In this document: positions 21,228 to 32,800 of the stretch, one piece after another | Layout of the letters: each line of letters starts with the position of its first letter | Numbering within the stretch: the first letter of the stretch is position 1 | IMG/VR virus record: IMGVR_UViG_3300050343_000116 | Location: 1-53,651 of that record | DNA length: 53,651 bases | Strand: one strand, 5' to 3' | From: a virus | Taxonomy: Duplodnaviria; Caudoviricetes | The notes under the pieces: generated by a model | The model's input: the letters and a program-made list of their open reading frames with translations, nothing else | Databases searched by the model: none | What the model was told of the DNA's origin: nothing | Translations under genes and position numbers: made by a program

Positions 21228-24200
21228 AAAGAAGGCCGTGATGGCCGTCCCTCCGAGCTGGGGGGCACAAGATAAGCGCTTTGGCGAGACTGTAAAGGAA
21301 GGTCTTGACGTGTTACTTGGTCATCGAGGACGGCCTCTTGAGCGGGCGGTTACTTTTCAGGATTTGCTAGACACCAACGTCCTAAAGCTTGCCGGCAACA
21401 TCTCGCTTTCTACAGTCATCGATTCACCATCAAGCTTTGAGCCTGTAAGTGATGACACTGGAGTACAGCAGCCCCCTGCTCCGACAAGCCTCGTGGCTTC
21501 CGGTGCCTTCCAAAACATCATCTTGACGTGGGATTTGAGATACTACGTAGGACATGCCTTTGTTGAGGTGTTCCGTCACACAAGCGACAGCATTTCTGAT
21601 GCAACGCTCTTGGCGCGTGTATCTGGGTTTACTGGCATCTTTTCGGACCCGGTTGGAACCGGTGCGAGCTTTTACTATTGGGTAAGAGCTGTAAACATTC
21701 TGGATGATATCGGCCCGTTCAATAGCTCCATAGGTGTTAACGGAACTACGCAGCCAGACGTTGAATTAATCCTAGAACTCCTTGAGGAGCAGATCACTTC
21801 GAGCGAGCTAGCTCTGAGTTTGGCAACTCCGATTGGGCAAATCGACACAATTAACGCTCTGACCACGTCACTCGAAACATATACTGGCTTCATAGAATCC
21901 TATACCGGTGACAACCTAGTTACTCGGATAGGTAGCATCGACACTTCGGTGGGCACAATTAATACCGCCATTGCAACGATCAATACCTCTCTCGGCACTC
22001 TAAATACAGCGACGAGCAATCTGCAAACGTCGCTATCAGATCTGTCAGCAAATACGGCAGACGTCTACATATCACAGACTCAGCCAGTCGGCACTGCTAA
22101 CGATCCAATCGCGGATAACTCGCGTTGGTATGACACGTCAGATAACAACACCTTACACATTTACTTTGATGGAGACGGTGACGGAGATAAAGAGTGGGTT
22201 AGCATTGAAGACCCCCGGATCGGTGACAGCGAAAGCGCAATAAGCACTTTAAATTCCGCTGTTTTTAACGCTGACAACTCCTTAAAGCTTGCAACCTCTA
22301 CCGCACTAGGTGCAACAAATACTACGGTTACTAACATCAACGGGACTGTGAGCAGTCTTTCAAGCGCGGTCACATCTCTACAGGGCGTTGTTTTTAATAG
22401 CGAAGATCAAGTGGTAGTTGCGACGACGGAAGCCCTCACTGCTCTTACTAATGATGTTACTGCGATCTATGACGGGGACGGGGAGCCCAGCTTAATAACA
22501 ACAGTGCAATCGTCTGTCACAGACCTTAATGCTGCCGTCTTTGACGGTAATAATGTCAAGCTCGCTGAGACGAGTGTTACCGACACGCTAACTAGCTCAG
22601 TTACAACTCAAGGTGAGTCCATAGGAACTCTTCAGGGGCAAGTTACATCACTTAACGCGCAAGTATTTGATGATGAAAGTCAGCTTGCACTCGCAACAAC
22701 TTCAACCGTGTCTGGTCTGACAGACAGGATAGAAGTAAATGAAGACGATATCGGAACCGCTCAAGGTCAGATTACGACCCTTAATTCTGCCGTCTTTGAC
22801 GGTAACGGTCTAAAGCTCGCCGAGACATCTGCGGTTGATACGCTGACTCAGGAAGTTGAGGCTATCTATAACGGAACAGAAAACCCAAGCCTTGTAAAAA
22901 CAATACAAACAAGTGTTACCGACCTTAACGCTGCTGTCTTTGATGGTGATGATGTAAAGCTCGCCGAGACATCTGCGCTTGATGCGCTGACTCAAGAAGT
23001 TGAGGCTATCTATGACGGAACAGAAAACCCAAGCCTTGTAAAAACGATACAGACGAGCGTTACCAGTCTTAATTCTGCTGTCTTTGACGAAAACGGCCCA
23101 AAGCTCGCCGAGACATCTGTGCTTAATGCGCTGACTCAGGAAGTTGAGGCTATCTATGACGGAACAGAAAACCCAAGCCTTGTAAAAACGATACAGGCGA
23201 GCGTTACCAGTCTTAATTCTGCCGTCTTTGACGGTAATAATGTCAAGCTCGCCGAGACGAGTGTTACCGACGGAATAAGCAGCACGGTAGAGACTCAAGG
23301 TGAGTCCATAGAAACGATACAGGGGCTTGTTACCAGCCTTAATTCCGAGGTGTTTGATGAGCAAGACCAACTTAAGCTTGCTCAGGGATCAGCTCTAGAA
23401 ACCCTGACCAATCAGGTCTCCGCCATTTATGACCCGAATTCGAATACCACTGTGATTGGCACTGTTCAGGCCGACATAACGACTCTTAACGGCGCGATAT
23501 TTGATTCAAGTAACCAAGTTAAGTTAGCAAGCTCGACCGCAGTTTCGGCTCTAACCAATGAGGTTTGGGGTGACGGAGTAAACCCTACCAGCGCAACGTC
23601 GTCTCGGATTGACGTGCTTAACTCAAGCCTCTTTGACAATGACACGGGATTAGAGGCTGTTGGTAATGCAGTTGACTTTGTAACAACAGAGGTTTTTCCA
23701 AATGGCGTCGCTAGCAGTAGCGCAATCACAAATCTTAACGCGGCAGTATTTGACGATAATAATAACGTAAAACTTGCTTCGTCCGATGCTATAGCTGTTC
23801 TGAACACTGAAGTATTTGGTCCAAACAGTGCTTCAGCAAGCCGAATAGATGCGTTGTTTACCGAGGTGTTTGTTCCGGGCGGTAGTCGACTAGCGACAGC
23901 TAGTGCATTGGAAACACTAGATGCCACTGTCAATGGTGACGGGGCAATAGCCGATAAGGTTTCTAACATTGCCGCGTCGATGTTTGTTAATGGAGACACC
24001 GAGGGAGATCTTAATTTAGCTTCGGCCGCAGCCATGGAAACGGTCACAGCCGAGGTGTTCCCTGACGGTACAAGCAATGCGTCTAGCATTGAGCAAATAT
24101 CATCGGCAGTATTTGACGATCAAGGAGATTTAAAACTTGCTTCGGCCGATGTTTTGAGGACCATTCAAACTGAGGTGTTCCCTAACGGAACTGCAAGCGC

Positions 24201-25494
24201 CTCTTCGGTTGACACGGTTCAGGCTACAGTTGACGGGCAAGCGTCTTCTATTGAAACATTGCAAACGGTAGTCGGTGATGAAAACGGCGGCCTCTCTAGC
24301 CAGTACACAGTAAAGCTGGACAATGCCGGTCACGTATCTGGGTTTGGCCTGTCAAATACAGTCAATAACGGAACGCCAACGTCTGCATTCATTATTCGGG
24401 CAGATAGGTTTGCAATCGTAAATCCGAGCGCAAGCAGTCAACAAACAAACAGCCCCGGCAACACCAGCAGCCTAATCGTTCCCTTTGTGGTTCAGTCTAA
24501 CGCTACAGAAATTAACGGTGAGCAAGTCCCTGCCGGCGTCTACATGGACACCGGGTTCCTTAAGAATGGCTCGATTACAAATGCGTTTATAGGTGAAGCA
24601 GCGATCGACGACGCGAAGATCGCTAACATTGACGCTGGAAAAATCAATGCGGGAACAATAAGCACCTCTCGTCTAAATATCGATTCCACTACCTTGACGT
24701 CTGGGCCGAACGGAGAGTTGCAAGTAGGCAGCATTAATGCCAACGCGATTACAGCCGGGGCAATAGGCGCCAACGTAATGGTTGGTACAGAGGTTTATGC
24801 TGATAATTTGATTGGCGACGTTGCTGTTCTGCTGCCTTTTAGGTCAACGCAAACTATTGCGTTTAGGGGTAACACTGCCACAGGTGGCGGCACGAAACAG
24901 GTGATCACGCAGCAGCTATCAAGCACGACACACCAAACCAACGGCCACAAGCCTTTTGCGTCAATCACTGGTTGGTATGACTCGACGGCAAACAAGACCT
25001 ATAGATTTCGGCTGTACATGCAAGATCTGGATGCCGGAAACGAATCCTTGGGAGGAGTGGTCAGCGTCTTTAATCAGTACGGAACATACGTTGCAAGCTT
25101 TTATGGCAACAAAACCAACTTGGTTACAGTTGGTCAGACAATCATTGCGACAGGGAAATCTCACACAGTAACAAGTGTGAATTATCAGTCATCCAGCAAC
25201 AAGACTAATGTTCAGTACACGCTAGTTTCAGGATCTGCGTTTATTGTAAGCAATACCGTTACAGCTACATCTACCAGCGCATATCAATTAGTCGGTGAAA
25301 CTCGATTCAAGGCCAACACGAATCTTTACGCTCAATTTGCAGTGAGCGGTTCTTTATCAAGCAAAACACTAGGCGCAGTAAACATGAAGCTGGAGGTAAC
25401 GCGAACAGGATCATCCGGCATTAATGACAGTGATAATTCAACTGCAAGCGACTATATCCACGAAGTCTCCGGTTTTATTATGGGAGCAAGATAA
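21220..25494 (+). CDS. Host-specificity/tail tip protein with DUF1983-like domain and coiled-coil repeats
   Basis: FN3-like YYWVRAVN; SQYTVKLD...VSGFGL...FIIRADRFAI...PFVV...VYMD. Confidence 0.78.
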   Translation: MAKKKAVMAVPPSWGAQDKRFGETVKEGLDVLLGHRGRPLERAVTFQDLLDTNVLKLAGNISLSTVIDSPSSFEPVSDDTGVQQPPAPTSLVASGAFQNIILTWDLRYYVGHAFVEVFRHTSDSISDATLLARVSGFTGIFSDPVGTGASFYYWVRAVNILDDIGPFNSSIGVNGTTQPDVELILELLEEQITSSELALSLATPIGQIDTINALTTSLETYTGFIESYTGDNLVTRIGSIDTSVGTINTAIATINTSLGTLNTATSNLQTSLSDLSANTADVYISQTQPVGTANDPIADNSRWYDTSDNNTLHIYFDGDGDGDKEWVSIEDPRIGDSESAISTLNSAVFNADNSLKLATSTALGATNTTVTNINGTVSSLSSAVTSLQGVVFNSEDQVVVATTEALTALTNDVTAIYDGDGEPSLITTVQSSVTDLNAAVFDGNNVKLAETSVTDTLTSSVTTQGESIGTLQGQVTSLNAQVFDDESQLALATTSTVSGLTDRIEVNEDDIGTAQGQITTLNSAVFDGNGLKLAETSAVDTLTQEVEAIYNGTENPSLVKTIQTSVTDLNAAVFDGDDVKLAETSALDALTQEVEAIYDGTENPSLVKTIQTSVTSLNSAVFDENGPKLAETSVLNALTQEVEAIYDGTENPSLVKTIQASVTSLNSAVFDGNNVKLAETSVTDGISSTVETQGESIETIQGLVTSLNSEVFDEQDQLKLAQGSALETLTNQVSAIYDPNSNTTVIGTVQADITTLNGAIFDSSNQVKLASSTAVSALTNEVWGDGVNPTSATSSRIDVLNSSLFDNDTGLEAVGNAVDFVTTEVFPNGVASSSAITNLNAAVFDDNNNVKLASSDAIAVLNTEVFGPNSASASRIDALFTEVFVPGGSRLATASALETLDATVNGDGAIADKVSNIAASMFVNGDTEGDLNLASAAAMETVTAEVFPDGTSNASSIEQISSAVFDDQGDLKLASADVLRTIQTEVFPNGTASASSVDTVQATVDGQASSIETLQTVVGDENGGLSSQYTVKLDNAGHVSGFGLSNTVNNGTPTSAFIIRADRFAIVNPSASSQQTNSPGNTSSLIVPFVVQSNATEINGEQVPAGVYMDTGFLKNGSITNAFIGEAAIDDAKIANIDAGKINAGTISTSRLNIDSTTLTSGPNGELQVGSINANAITAGAIGANVMVGTEVYADNLIGDVAVLLPFRSTQTIAFRGNTATGGGTKQVITQQLSSTTHQTNGHKPFASITGWYDSTANKTYRFRLYMQDLDAGNESLGGVVSVFNQYGTYVASFYGNKTNLVTVGQTIIATGKSHTVTSVNYQSSSNKTNVQYTLVSGSAFIVSNTVTATSTSAYQLVGETRFKANTNLYAQFAVSGSLSSKTLGAVNMKLEVTRTGSSGINDSDNSTASDYIHEVSGFIMGAR
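22780..23300 (+). repeat. 144-bp (48-aa) tandem repeat inside tail tip gene
   Basis: AAGCTCGCCGAGAC recurs at 22813, 22957, 23101 and 23245. Confidence 0.9.
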
Positions 25495-25853
25495 TGCAGA
25501 TGTATGTTCAGTGGGATCAAGAAAATGAAACCATTTTATTTGGACCGCAAGGAATTAAAGGCGAAGGCGATAACTGGTATCCGTACAATGAAATCGGTGA
25601 GATCGAAAATCCTAGAACTCAATTCCGACGCTACGTTTACGCAGAAGAGGTAGAGACTGTTTTTGGGATAGCTGAAGGATCTACAGATCAAACGTGGTTT
25701 CAGTCTCGGCACTCTGGTTATGGCGGCTTAGAAGATCAGCTCGATATGCTGTGGCATGACATACATTCGGGAACTCTCGACAAAACAGGCACCTTTTACA
25801 ACTTCATCAAGGCGGTTAAGGACGCCAATCCAAAGCCGGAAGATTTGCTTTAG
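25494..25853 (+). CDS. Tail fibre assembly/chaperone-like protein
   Basis: YGGLEDQLDMLWHDI...IKAVKDANPKP motif. Confidence 0.6.
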   Translation: MQMYVQWDQENETILFGPQGIKGEGDNWYPYNEIGEIENPRTQFRRYVYAEEVETVFGIAEGSTDQTWFQSRHSGYGGLEDQLDMLWHDIHSGTLDKTGTFYNFIKAVKDANPKPEDLL

Positions 25854-25903
25854 AACACCTTAATAGTTGATTTCTTTAGATTTTTATGTATTGGTGATAT
25901 AAA

Positions 25904-26308
25904 ATGGCGTTAGAGTTTGCTGACATCCGAGAGCATTGGGATGTTGTTCAAACTGGTCTGCTGGCTATCCACGAAGATGTGGCCCCAGATTGGAGACCAG
26001 AAGACGTTTACGCTTCATGTGTAAACGGTGATAGCTACCTTATGGTAGACCCCGCACGGACGACTACTGGGTTTTGCGTACTTCAAAGCGTTCCGATTCC
26101 ATTTCGGAAAGCTAACAAGTTGCTGATCTGGATAGCATACGACCCTATTCCAGAAAGCGCAGCTGTTTACGCTGAAGAACTTGAAACCTTAGCCCGCAAC
26201 ACAGGGCATCAATCGATTGAGATTTGGACTCCCCATGAGGGGTTGGTCAACCTAGCAAAAGGCTTTGGTTACCAGTGCAAATACAGTGTAGTTAATAAAC
26301 GATTATAG
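25904..26308 (+). CDS. Putative GNAT-like virion morphogenesis protein
   Basis: 134 aa; LLIWIAY...LARNTGHQSIE; position before ejection genes. Confidence 0.45.
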   Translation: MALEFADIREHWDVVQTGLLAIHEDVAPDWRPEDVYASCVNGDSYLMVDPARTTTGFCVLQSVPIPFRKANKLLIWIAYDPIPESAAVYAEELETLARNTGHQSIEIWTPHEGLVNLAKGFGYQCKYSVVNKRL

Positions 26309-26315
26309 GTGAGAT

Positions 26316-26897
26316 ATGAGCGGCGGCGGAAGCGGAAAGATAGATGAGATGGAGAGCAAGAAGGCGCTCGCAGAACAGGCGGCGATATCACTTCAGCGCT
26401 ACGGAGAAGTCTTTGTTCCCTTAGAAAACTCTTACATCCAAAGCACTCTAAATCAATTTGGCGATCAAGCATATCAGGGCAGCATGGGCCGTGCGGCCAC
26501 TCAAGCAACCGGTGTTTACGAAGCCGGTATTGGTGACATGCAGAACGCTGCCGTAATGAATCGCGGTTTAGATCCTTCGATGGGTGCGTTCCAAGAAGAG
26601 TCAGCGGCATTGAGAACGGCTCAAGCTAGAGGTGTTGGTCAGGCTATGAGTGATGCGGGTCTAACCAACACTGATCAGGCTTATCAAGGGCTATCCAACA
26701 TCGTAAAGATGGGCCAAGGACTTGCCACTGACAGTATGGCCGGACAGATGGATCTTGCTCAAAATCAGGCCGATAGAGTAAGCGCTCAAGCTCAGCAAGA
26801 CTTTGGCGCATCTAGCAGTCTTCGCAACTTGGCTGGAACAGTTACGGGCGCAGGCGCTGGTACTGCATTTGGTCTTAGAAATAATTACGGAGGTTAG
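26316..26897 (+). CDS. Internal virion/ejection protein
   Basis: MSGGGSG start, Ala/Gln/Gly-rich helical sequence. Confidence 0.6.
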   Translation: MSGGGSGKIDEMESKKALAEQAAISLQRYGEVFVPLENSYIQSTLNQFGDQAYQGSMGRAATQATGVYEAGIGDMQNAAVMNRGLDPSMGAFQEESAALRTAQARGVGQAMSDAGLTNTDQAYQGLSNIVKMGQGLATDSMAGQMDLAQNQADRVSAQAQQDFGASSSLRNLAGTVTGAGAGTAFGLRNNYGG

Positions 26898-26899
26898 TT

Positions 26900-27445
26900 A
26901 TGTTTCGAGATTATTTAGATCAGTTGTATCAGTCTGGCAACCCTAGCTTCCAGAATGTTCAGGACTTCTTTTTCCCCAATCCGGATTCTGCCTACCGTGG
27001 CGCTCCAACGTATGCCGGTGGAACAAGCAACCCGTATGCGCAAATCAACCCATACCAATACTCAGGAATGGACCCTAAAGAAAATCCCGGCGACAAGCTT
27101 TTTGCTGACCTTATTAGAGCGCAAACACAAGACTATATGACGCGCTTTGCCCCGATTGAGAATTTTTTAGCAAGTGAGATTACTGCGACTGGAACAAAAG
27201 CCTTAGAGGGAGACCTCCAGCGGACGAGGGACGCAGTGGCAACCTCCTCTGCCAATGTTCAGGGAACAATGAACAGAGATGCAGCGCGTTACGGCGTGGA
27301 TGCACAGCAACTAGATAACAATGCAATGACTTCAGCTTTGGTTGGCGGTCTCAATGCAACGAGGTTGCGTGACTCTGATCGCAGGCTGGCGCTTTTAAGT
27401 GGTATGGGTGGAATTACATCTAAAGCACAACAGGTGGGTAGATAA
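26900..27445 (+). CDS. Internal virion/ejection protein
   Basis: GGAGG RBS; synteny. Confidence 0.55.
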   Translation: MFRDYLDQLYQSGNPSFQNVQDFFFPNPDSAYRGAPTYAGGTSNPYAQINPYQYSGMDPKENPGDKLFADLIRAQTQDYMTRFAPIENFLASEITATGTKALEGDLQRTRDAVATSSANVQGTMNRDAARYGVDAQQLDNNAMTSALVGGLNATRLRDSDRRLALLSGMGGITSKAQQVGR

Positions 27446-28167
27446 ATGAGCATTATTGGCACCGGATTTGGCTTGCGTCGCCGAGCGCAAGAAGGCATGT
27501 CGGCAGTTGCAAAGCTTGAGGCGCAGGAAAATCAGCAGCGCATGGGCCTCGATCAGGCCAGACAGGCTCAGAAGATGCAAATGTACGGAAGCTTTGCGGT
27601 ATCGGCGCATCAGTCGGGACTCCAAAAGCTATTGCTGCATATAACGCTGCAAAACCCGCAGGAGCAGAAGCTGTTAAGACACTTGCAACCCAGCAAGCAA
27701 GCAACAACGCGATTGTTCAGCAAGGGCTACAAACTCAAATTGACAATGTGATTGGTGAGCAGCTGGGTCAAAAAATTGCCGAACAGACGGCCGGGCAAGT
27801 TGGCGGAGCGGCAGGAGGTGCAGCAGGCGGAGCGGCAGGTGGTGCAGCAGGCGGAGCGGCAGGTGGTGCAGCAGGTGGCGCAGCAGGCGGAGCGGCAGGT
27901 GGTGCAGCAGGTGGCGCAGCAGGAGGTGCAGCCGCAGGCGGAGCAGCTGGCGGAGCAGCAGGAGCTGGAGCTGGAGCAGCCGCAGGCGGAGCAGCAGGCG
28001 GAGCAGCTGGCGGAGCAGCAGGTGGCGCAGCTGGAGCTGGAGCAGCAGGAGCAGCAGGAGCAGGAGCAAGTGGCGGATCAGCTCTTATGGCTGGTGTCGG
28101 TGCGCTTGCCGCACCAGTGGCGATAGGTCTTGGCGTTGCGTTCTTGCTCAACAAGTTATTCGATTAA
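27446..28167 (+). CDS. Gly/Ala-rich ejection (pilot-like) protein with C-terminal TM (fragmented by indels)
   Basis: 27446 and 27748 ORFs join; (GGAA)n tract followed by hydrophobic helix. Confidence 0.55.
27801..28075 (+). repeat. Degenerate 12-nt tandem repeat encoding (Gly-Gly-Ala-Ala)n
   Basis: GGCGGAGCGGCA/GGTGGTGCAGCA units. Confidence 0.9.
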
Positions 28168-28176
28168 GGGGGAAGC

Positions 28177-29863
28177 ATGGCAGTTAATTACGATGGGTTC
28201 GCACAGGGCTTCCAAGGTGGTTTTGGTCTCATGCAAGGCGCAATCAATGATCAGCGCCAAACTGAATTAGAGCAAAGCAGGCTAGATGAGACTAAGCGCC
28301 AGAACAATCTTAGCTATGACCTAAAGCAAAGACAGCTTGGCATTGAACAGCAGCTCGCTGATGTAAGAAAACTGCTTGGAACATCTCAAGCGGCAAACGT
28401 TGACGCGGACACGCTAGAAATTGCAGATAACGCTGCGGCAACCCGGGAGTTACAAGGATCCCAAGCCGATAACCTTGACGGAAGAACGGCCGAGATACCG
28501 GCGGACTCTCTCTCCAAACGAACCTTACAAGGGGCGCAAGCCGATCAGATCGTCGCAGAAACTAAAGAGATCCCAGCGAACGCTAAATCGAAACGAGACT
28601 TACAGGGCTCTCAAGCCGATAACATTGACGCAGATACAGAAGTAACAACAGAAACGGGCGTCGCCGATGCCCAGTCGCAAATTGCCCTCAGAGAATCTCA
28701 AGGGGGAAAACTTGATGCGGACGCTGCATCAGTCACCCAAGCCACTGAGATTGCAGGAAGAATAGATACACAGGTTCAGGGTGCCGAAGCAATGACCCAG
28801 ATGATGGGCATGGCTGAAGACGTTATTAATGGAAACGCAACTCCGGACCAGTTTTCACAGCTTCTTGAACTCAACAAAGACACAATCACAGAAGCTGGTC
28901 TTGTTTTTAATCCGTCGTTTGATATCAGCCTTGAGAGCTTTAAATCAGATTTAGATAACGGGAATTATGAGGGATCTTCCGGCGTTGACCTTCTTAATGC
29001 CGTGGCCAAGTCATCAAATCAATTCAACATCGGCGCAATGGTTGACGAGACGTTTGTGAATGCGCCAGAAGAAATGAGATCCGGGGGTTACAAGGTTGTC
29101 TCCTCTGAGTTTATCGACTTTAGAGAGGTTGAGGGAGGAGTTACAGGGACAGTGTTAAACGTCGTTGAGGATACTCAAGGCAATCAGTTCATGTATACCT
29201 CTCCCAACACGGCGGGCAGAAATACCTCTGACGGAGCCCCTTTAGTACTTGCTGTTGATGATCTTATGGCGGGCTTGGGTGCTGTAACTAAAATGCGAAA
29301 TGATATGGGGGGTATGAAAGCTCAGATGAAAGAAGCGGCCCAGATCGCTAAGTATGGGAAAGGACCGGAAGGTCAAAATAAATTCATGGCTGAAGTGCAA
29401 GACGAAGTTAATCGTTACGATGCAATTGCGACGGCAGACGGTACCCCGCCCTTCTCCCATTCCCAACATGACCATGCAGCAGTTTGTAGACAACCCAACA
29501 ATCATGAATGACTTTATTGAAGTTGAAATCTTATTTGACTACGAGTCTCAGACCTTCGGTAAAGACAACTACATGATGCTTATGGAGGCCACTCGACAAA
29601 CCAAAGAGGCAAAAGAAATTCAGACCGCCTTGGGACAAACGGTGCCTTTAACTCCAAAAGAGCTACAAGAAATACAGGTCATTAGAAGCGACTCCAGACC
29701 CAAAGCAGAAGCTATGCGTCTGCAACGTAAGGTATTAGAAAGAATTGCGAATAGGCGAAGAGAAAACGATATCGATATTGACTCGACCTCGAGAAGAGGA
29801 TCACCAGTTGTAGTCACGCCTAAAGGCGGAATTGTCGCAGCGCCATACGTTTATGGCAACTAG
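28177..29863 (+). CDS. Ejection/DNA transfer protein (apparent indel near 29445)
   Basis: GFAQGFQGGFGL start, repeated LQGSQADN units; continues in the 29354 ORF frame. Confidence 0.6.
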
Positions 29864-29874
29864 GAGCGAAATAA

Positions 29875-32800
29875 ATGCCAAGTTTACAAGAGGCACTAGG
29901 CTATTCTCCAATTTCATCTCGCCGGAAAAGACAATCAGACAAGCGGGATGATTTAAACCCGCTTCAGAACTTCACCGCTGGAGTCTCCGCTGGTATTGAT
30001 CAAACACTGGGGCTGGCTGGTGGCCTTAAAGCTTGGTATGGAGAGACCATTGGTGACGACGATATGGTCACTGAAGGTCTTGCCTACTATCAAGAAAAAA
30101 TGCAGGAGGCATCAGAGAGTCGTGGCGACGTAATGTCCTACGAGGACATTGAAGGCATTGGTGACTTCGCTGACTATGCCGCTTATATGGTTGGAAACCT
30201 TCTTCCAACTATAGGATCTGTTGTCGGAACAGGTGGCCTTGCTGGAGCCGCTGGCCAGATTGGTGGGCGCTCTGCGGTAAATTATCAGGTTAAAAAGAAA
30301 GCAAAAGAAGCTGTAGATAAGAGAGTCAAGAACACCGCTCAAAAGCTCGATAAAGATGCAATGGTTAAAAACTACGCGTCCAATCTAAAAGGTAGGTCGG
30401 CAGTCAAAGGACTGTCAGACAAAGCCGCCTCTCGTGCTGGCTCTCTTGGTCAGACTATTGGCGGCGTTGGTGGAAGTATTGGTCTGTCGACAGGAGATAC
30501 CTTTGCCGCCATCTATCAAGAGACCGGAGAGCTGCAAGCTGGAACGGCTTTAGGTGCTGGAATTATTTCTGGTAGCTTGGATGCCTTAACAGGAATGAGA
30601 GCCCTGAAGCGTGTTCTTCCGGCTGACAAGTTTAAAAAAGCTCGAGATGAGGTAGGCGAAAAGGTTATTAAGCAGCGCAAGATTGGCCAAAGAATGCTGG
30701 AGGAGGGATTAAAAAGCTCCGGCATCGAAGGTGTTACTGAGGCGATGCAGGAATTTGTTCAGGAAACAGCAGTTAAGTTAGTGGACAATGATTACTCTTC
30801 GCTGTCTGACGCAATGTACGAGGCCGTGGCACAAGAAGGCGCCAAGTCACTATATATAAATTCAGCATTGGCTGGAGCGTTAGGCGGCTTTGTTATTGGT
30901 GGCGCCAGTGGCATTAAGTCAGACCCGGCCCCGACAAAAGTGCAAGAACCTCCATCAGAAGATGGCCCGGAAATAGCTCCGGTATCTGACGAGCCAAGCG
31001 GCCCGATCATTCCGCAAGATCTACAGATCGAGCGCAATCTAAGAGCGCGAGAAGAAGCTCGCAGAATTATGATGGAAGCTCAGCAAGAGTTGGATCTTGG
31101 CGAGCCCGTGGTTGCTAACGAACCACGAGAGACGGTCACGGACTTGATCGGACAAGAAGTAAGTTATGGCGATGCAACTGGAATACTGACTGAAAGAGAT
31201 GAGGGCGTTTTTGTCGTTACTCCAGACGAAGATGTCTTTGTAGAGTCAGGACAAAACAGAGGCCTAGCCGCTGATAGCCTAGGAATAACAAGGTCTAACG
31301 CGCCACAAGATCTTGAGTTTGAGAACGAGGTGGAGTTTGACACTGCCACCTCTGAATTTTTTGTGCGCGGGAAAAAATATCAATACACCAAATCCAACAC
31401 CAACGATCAAGGTGAGGTTATCTCTGTTACTGCTATAGGGGATAACGGTCAAGAGGTTACCTTCCGTAACAGGGAGATCATAGACAGGATCGTTAGGGGT
31501 GTAGAGCAAGGCGAAAGACGGTTCGATTCTGAGCAGATGGTTCTTATGGACGAGCTGCCTATGTCTGTTCAGCGTCAGATAATGACCGATCAGATGGAGG
31601 CTGGTGAAACATCCATGCCGGATCAGCTGACGGAAGCTCAGGCTATGGATATAGCTCAGAGGCTTCCTGATCAGGATCAAGACCAGCTGACCATGGAGAT
31701 CGGTGAAGCAGTCAGAAGATCAGCTACATTCTTCTCAGCGAATGCTGAGTCTGCTCCCGCGGTCCAAGGTATGCAGAGCCGGGTCGACGAGACTTGGAGT
31801 TCAATGGATCGCACTAATGACAACGTCGATTCAAGCGTGGCTATGGAGCGTCATAACCGTTTGGTAGGTTTAAACATACCTATCAAGGGGACCAACGACA
31901 CATACGTTGTTGAGGAAATGAACCCGGAAGTACTTAGTGGAGCTGAGTCAGGCCTCTCATACAGTAGGAATCAGGGCGGCGTTCAGTACGAAGCCCAGCC
32001 TTTAAGCTCGCGAGAAGAGTTAGAGCCATTTAAGTTAGCTCTTATGGACATTGCTAGCTCAGGTTTCCCTCAAAGCATCATTGATTCGATCGCGGGATTT
32101 GGCATTCATAACGATAGCCGGGGGGAAATGCTTGAGGGTGTAGGGGGTTTTCATGACTTTGTACAGCAGTACATTAGCGTTGGGGAAAACACCGCAAAGA
32201 ATCCAAAACTACTCCGCAACACGCTTGCTCATGAGCTTAGTCATCGTCTTGACCGGGCAGAGGGCGTTACTGAAAGAGAAGAGTTTCGCGCCGTTGTTTC
32301 GGAAGGAACAGAAGGCACTACATCAATTGGAAGCATTAAAGCTCCTATCGAAATCGATATGGGCGATGTCTTGTTTGAGATATACGAAGCGTACAGAACT
32401 GACACACCCATAGGTAACTACTTCAATTACCCTTTCGCTTCTCTCTGGTCGGAGTTTGACAAGATTAGTAAGGCGTTTGATGCCGGCGAAATATCAAAGC
32501 CAAAGCGTGACAAGCAACACAGAGCAGTTTTGAAAGAGCTTAAGAGTGAGGCTTTTGCTCAAAGCTCTGCTCTCTACTTTGCTGAGCCTGAAATGCTGGC
32601 CAAACACGCTCCTCAGATGTATCAATTTATGCGAGACTTAACGTCTCCTGCACAGGACGTAGAGAATGAAAGTTCAATTAGAGAAGAAGGCGATCAGCCC
32701 CAATCTGGACAAGTATCTGGAGAAATTCAGCCACCTGCCCCCGTCGCACCTGTTCAGGTCGAAGACGGTTCAGGAGCTGGACGAGATGGCGGAGTTAGCA

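Noticed and set aside
22780-23370. Repeat array as CRISPR, and the antisense 186-aa ORF
   Set aside because: In-frame coding repeats with no unique spacers and no cas genes; the antisense ORF is a shadow
12059-25494. Diversity-generating retroelement acting on tail genes
   Set aside because: No reverse transcriptase and no TR/VR pair differing only at adenines was seen
27674-28154. Leu/Gln/Pro-rich ORFs in other frames over the Gly-Ala repeat
   Set aside because: Stop-free shadows of a 12-nt repeat
32153-32413. Third nested +1 ORF in the giant gene
   Set aside because: Overlaps the conserved HExxH domain rather than a linker and has the Leu/Ser/Lys-rich composition of an off-frame read
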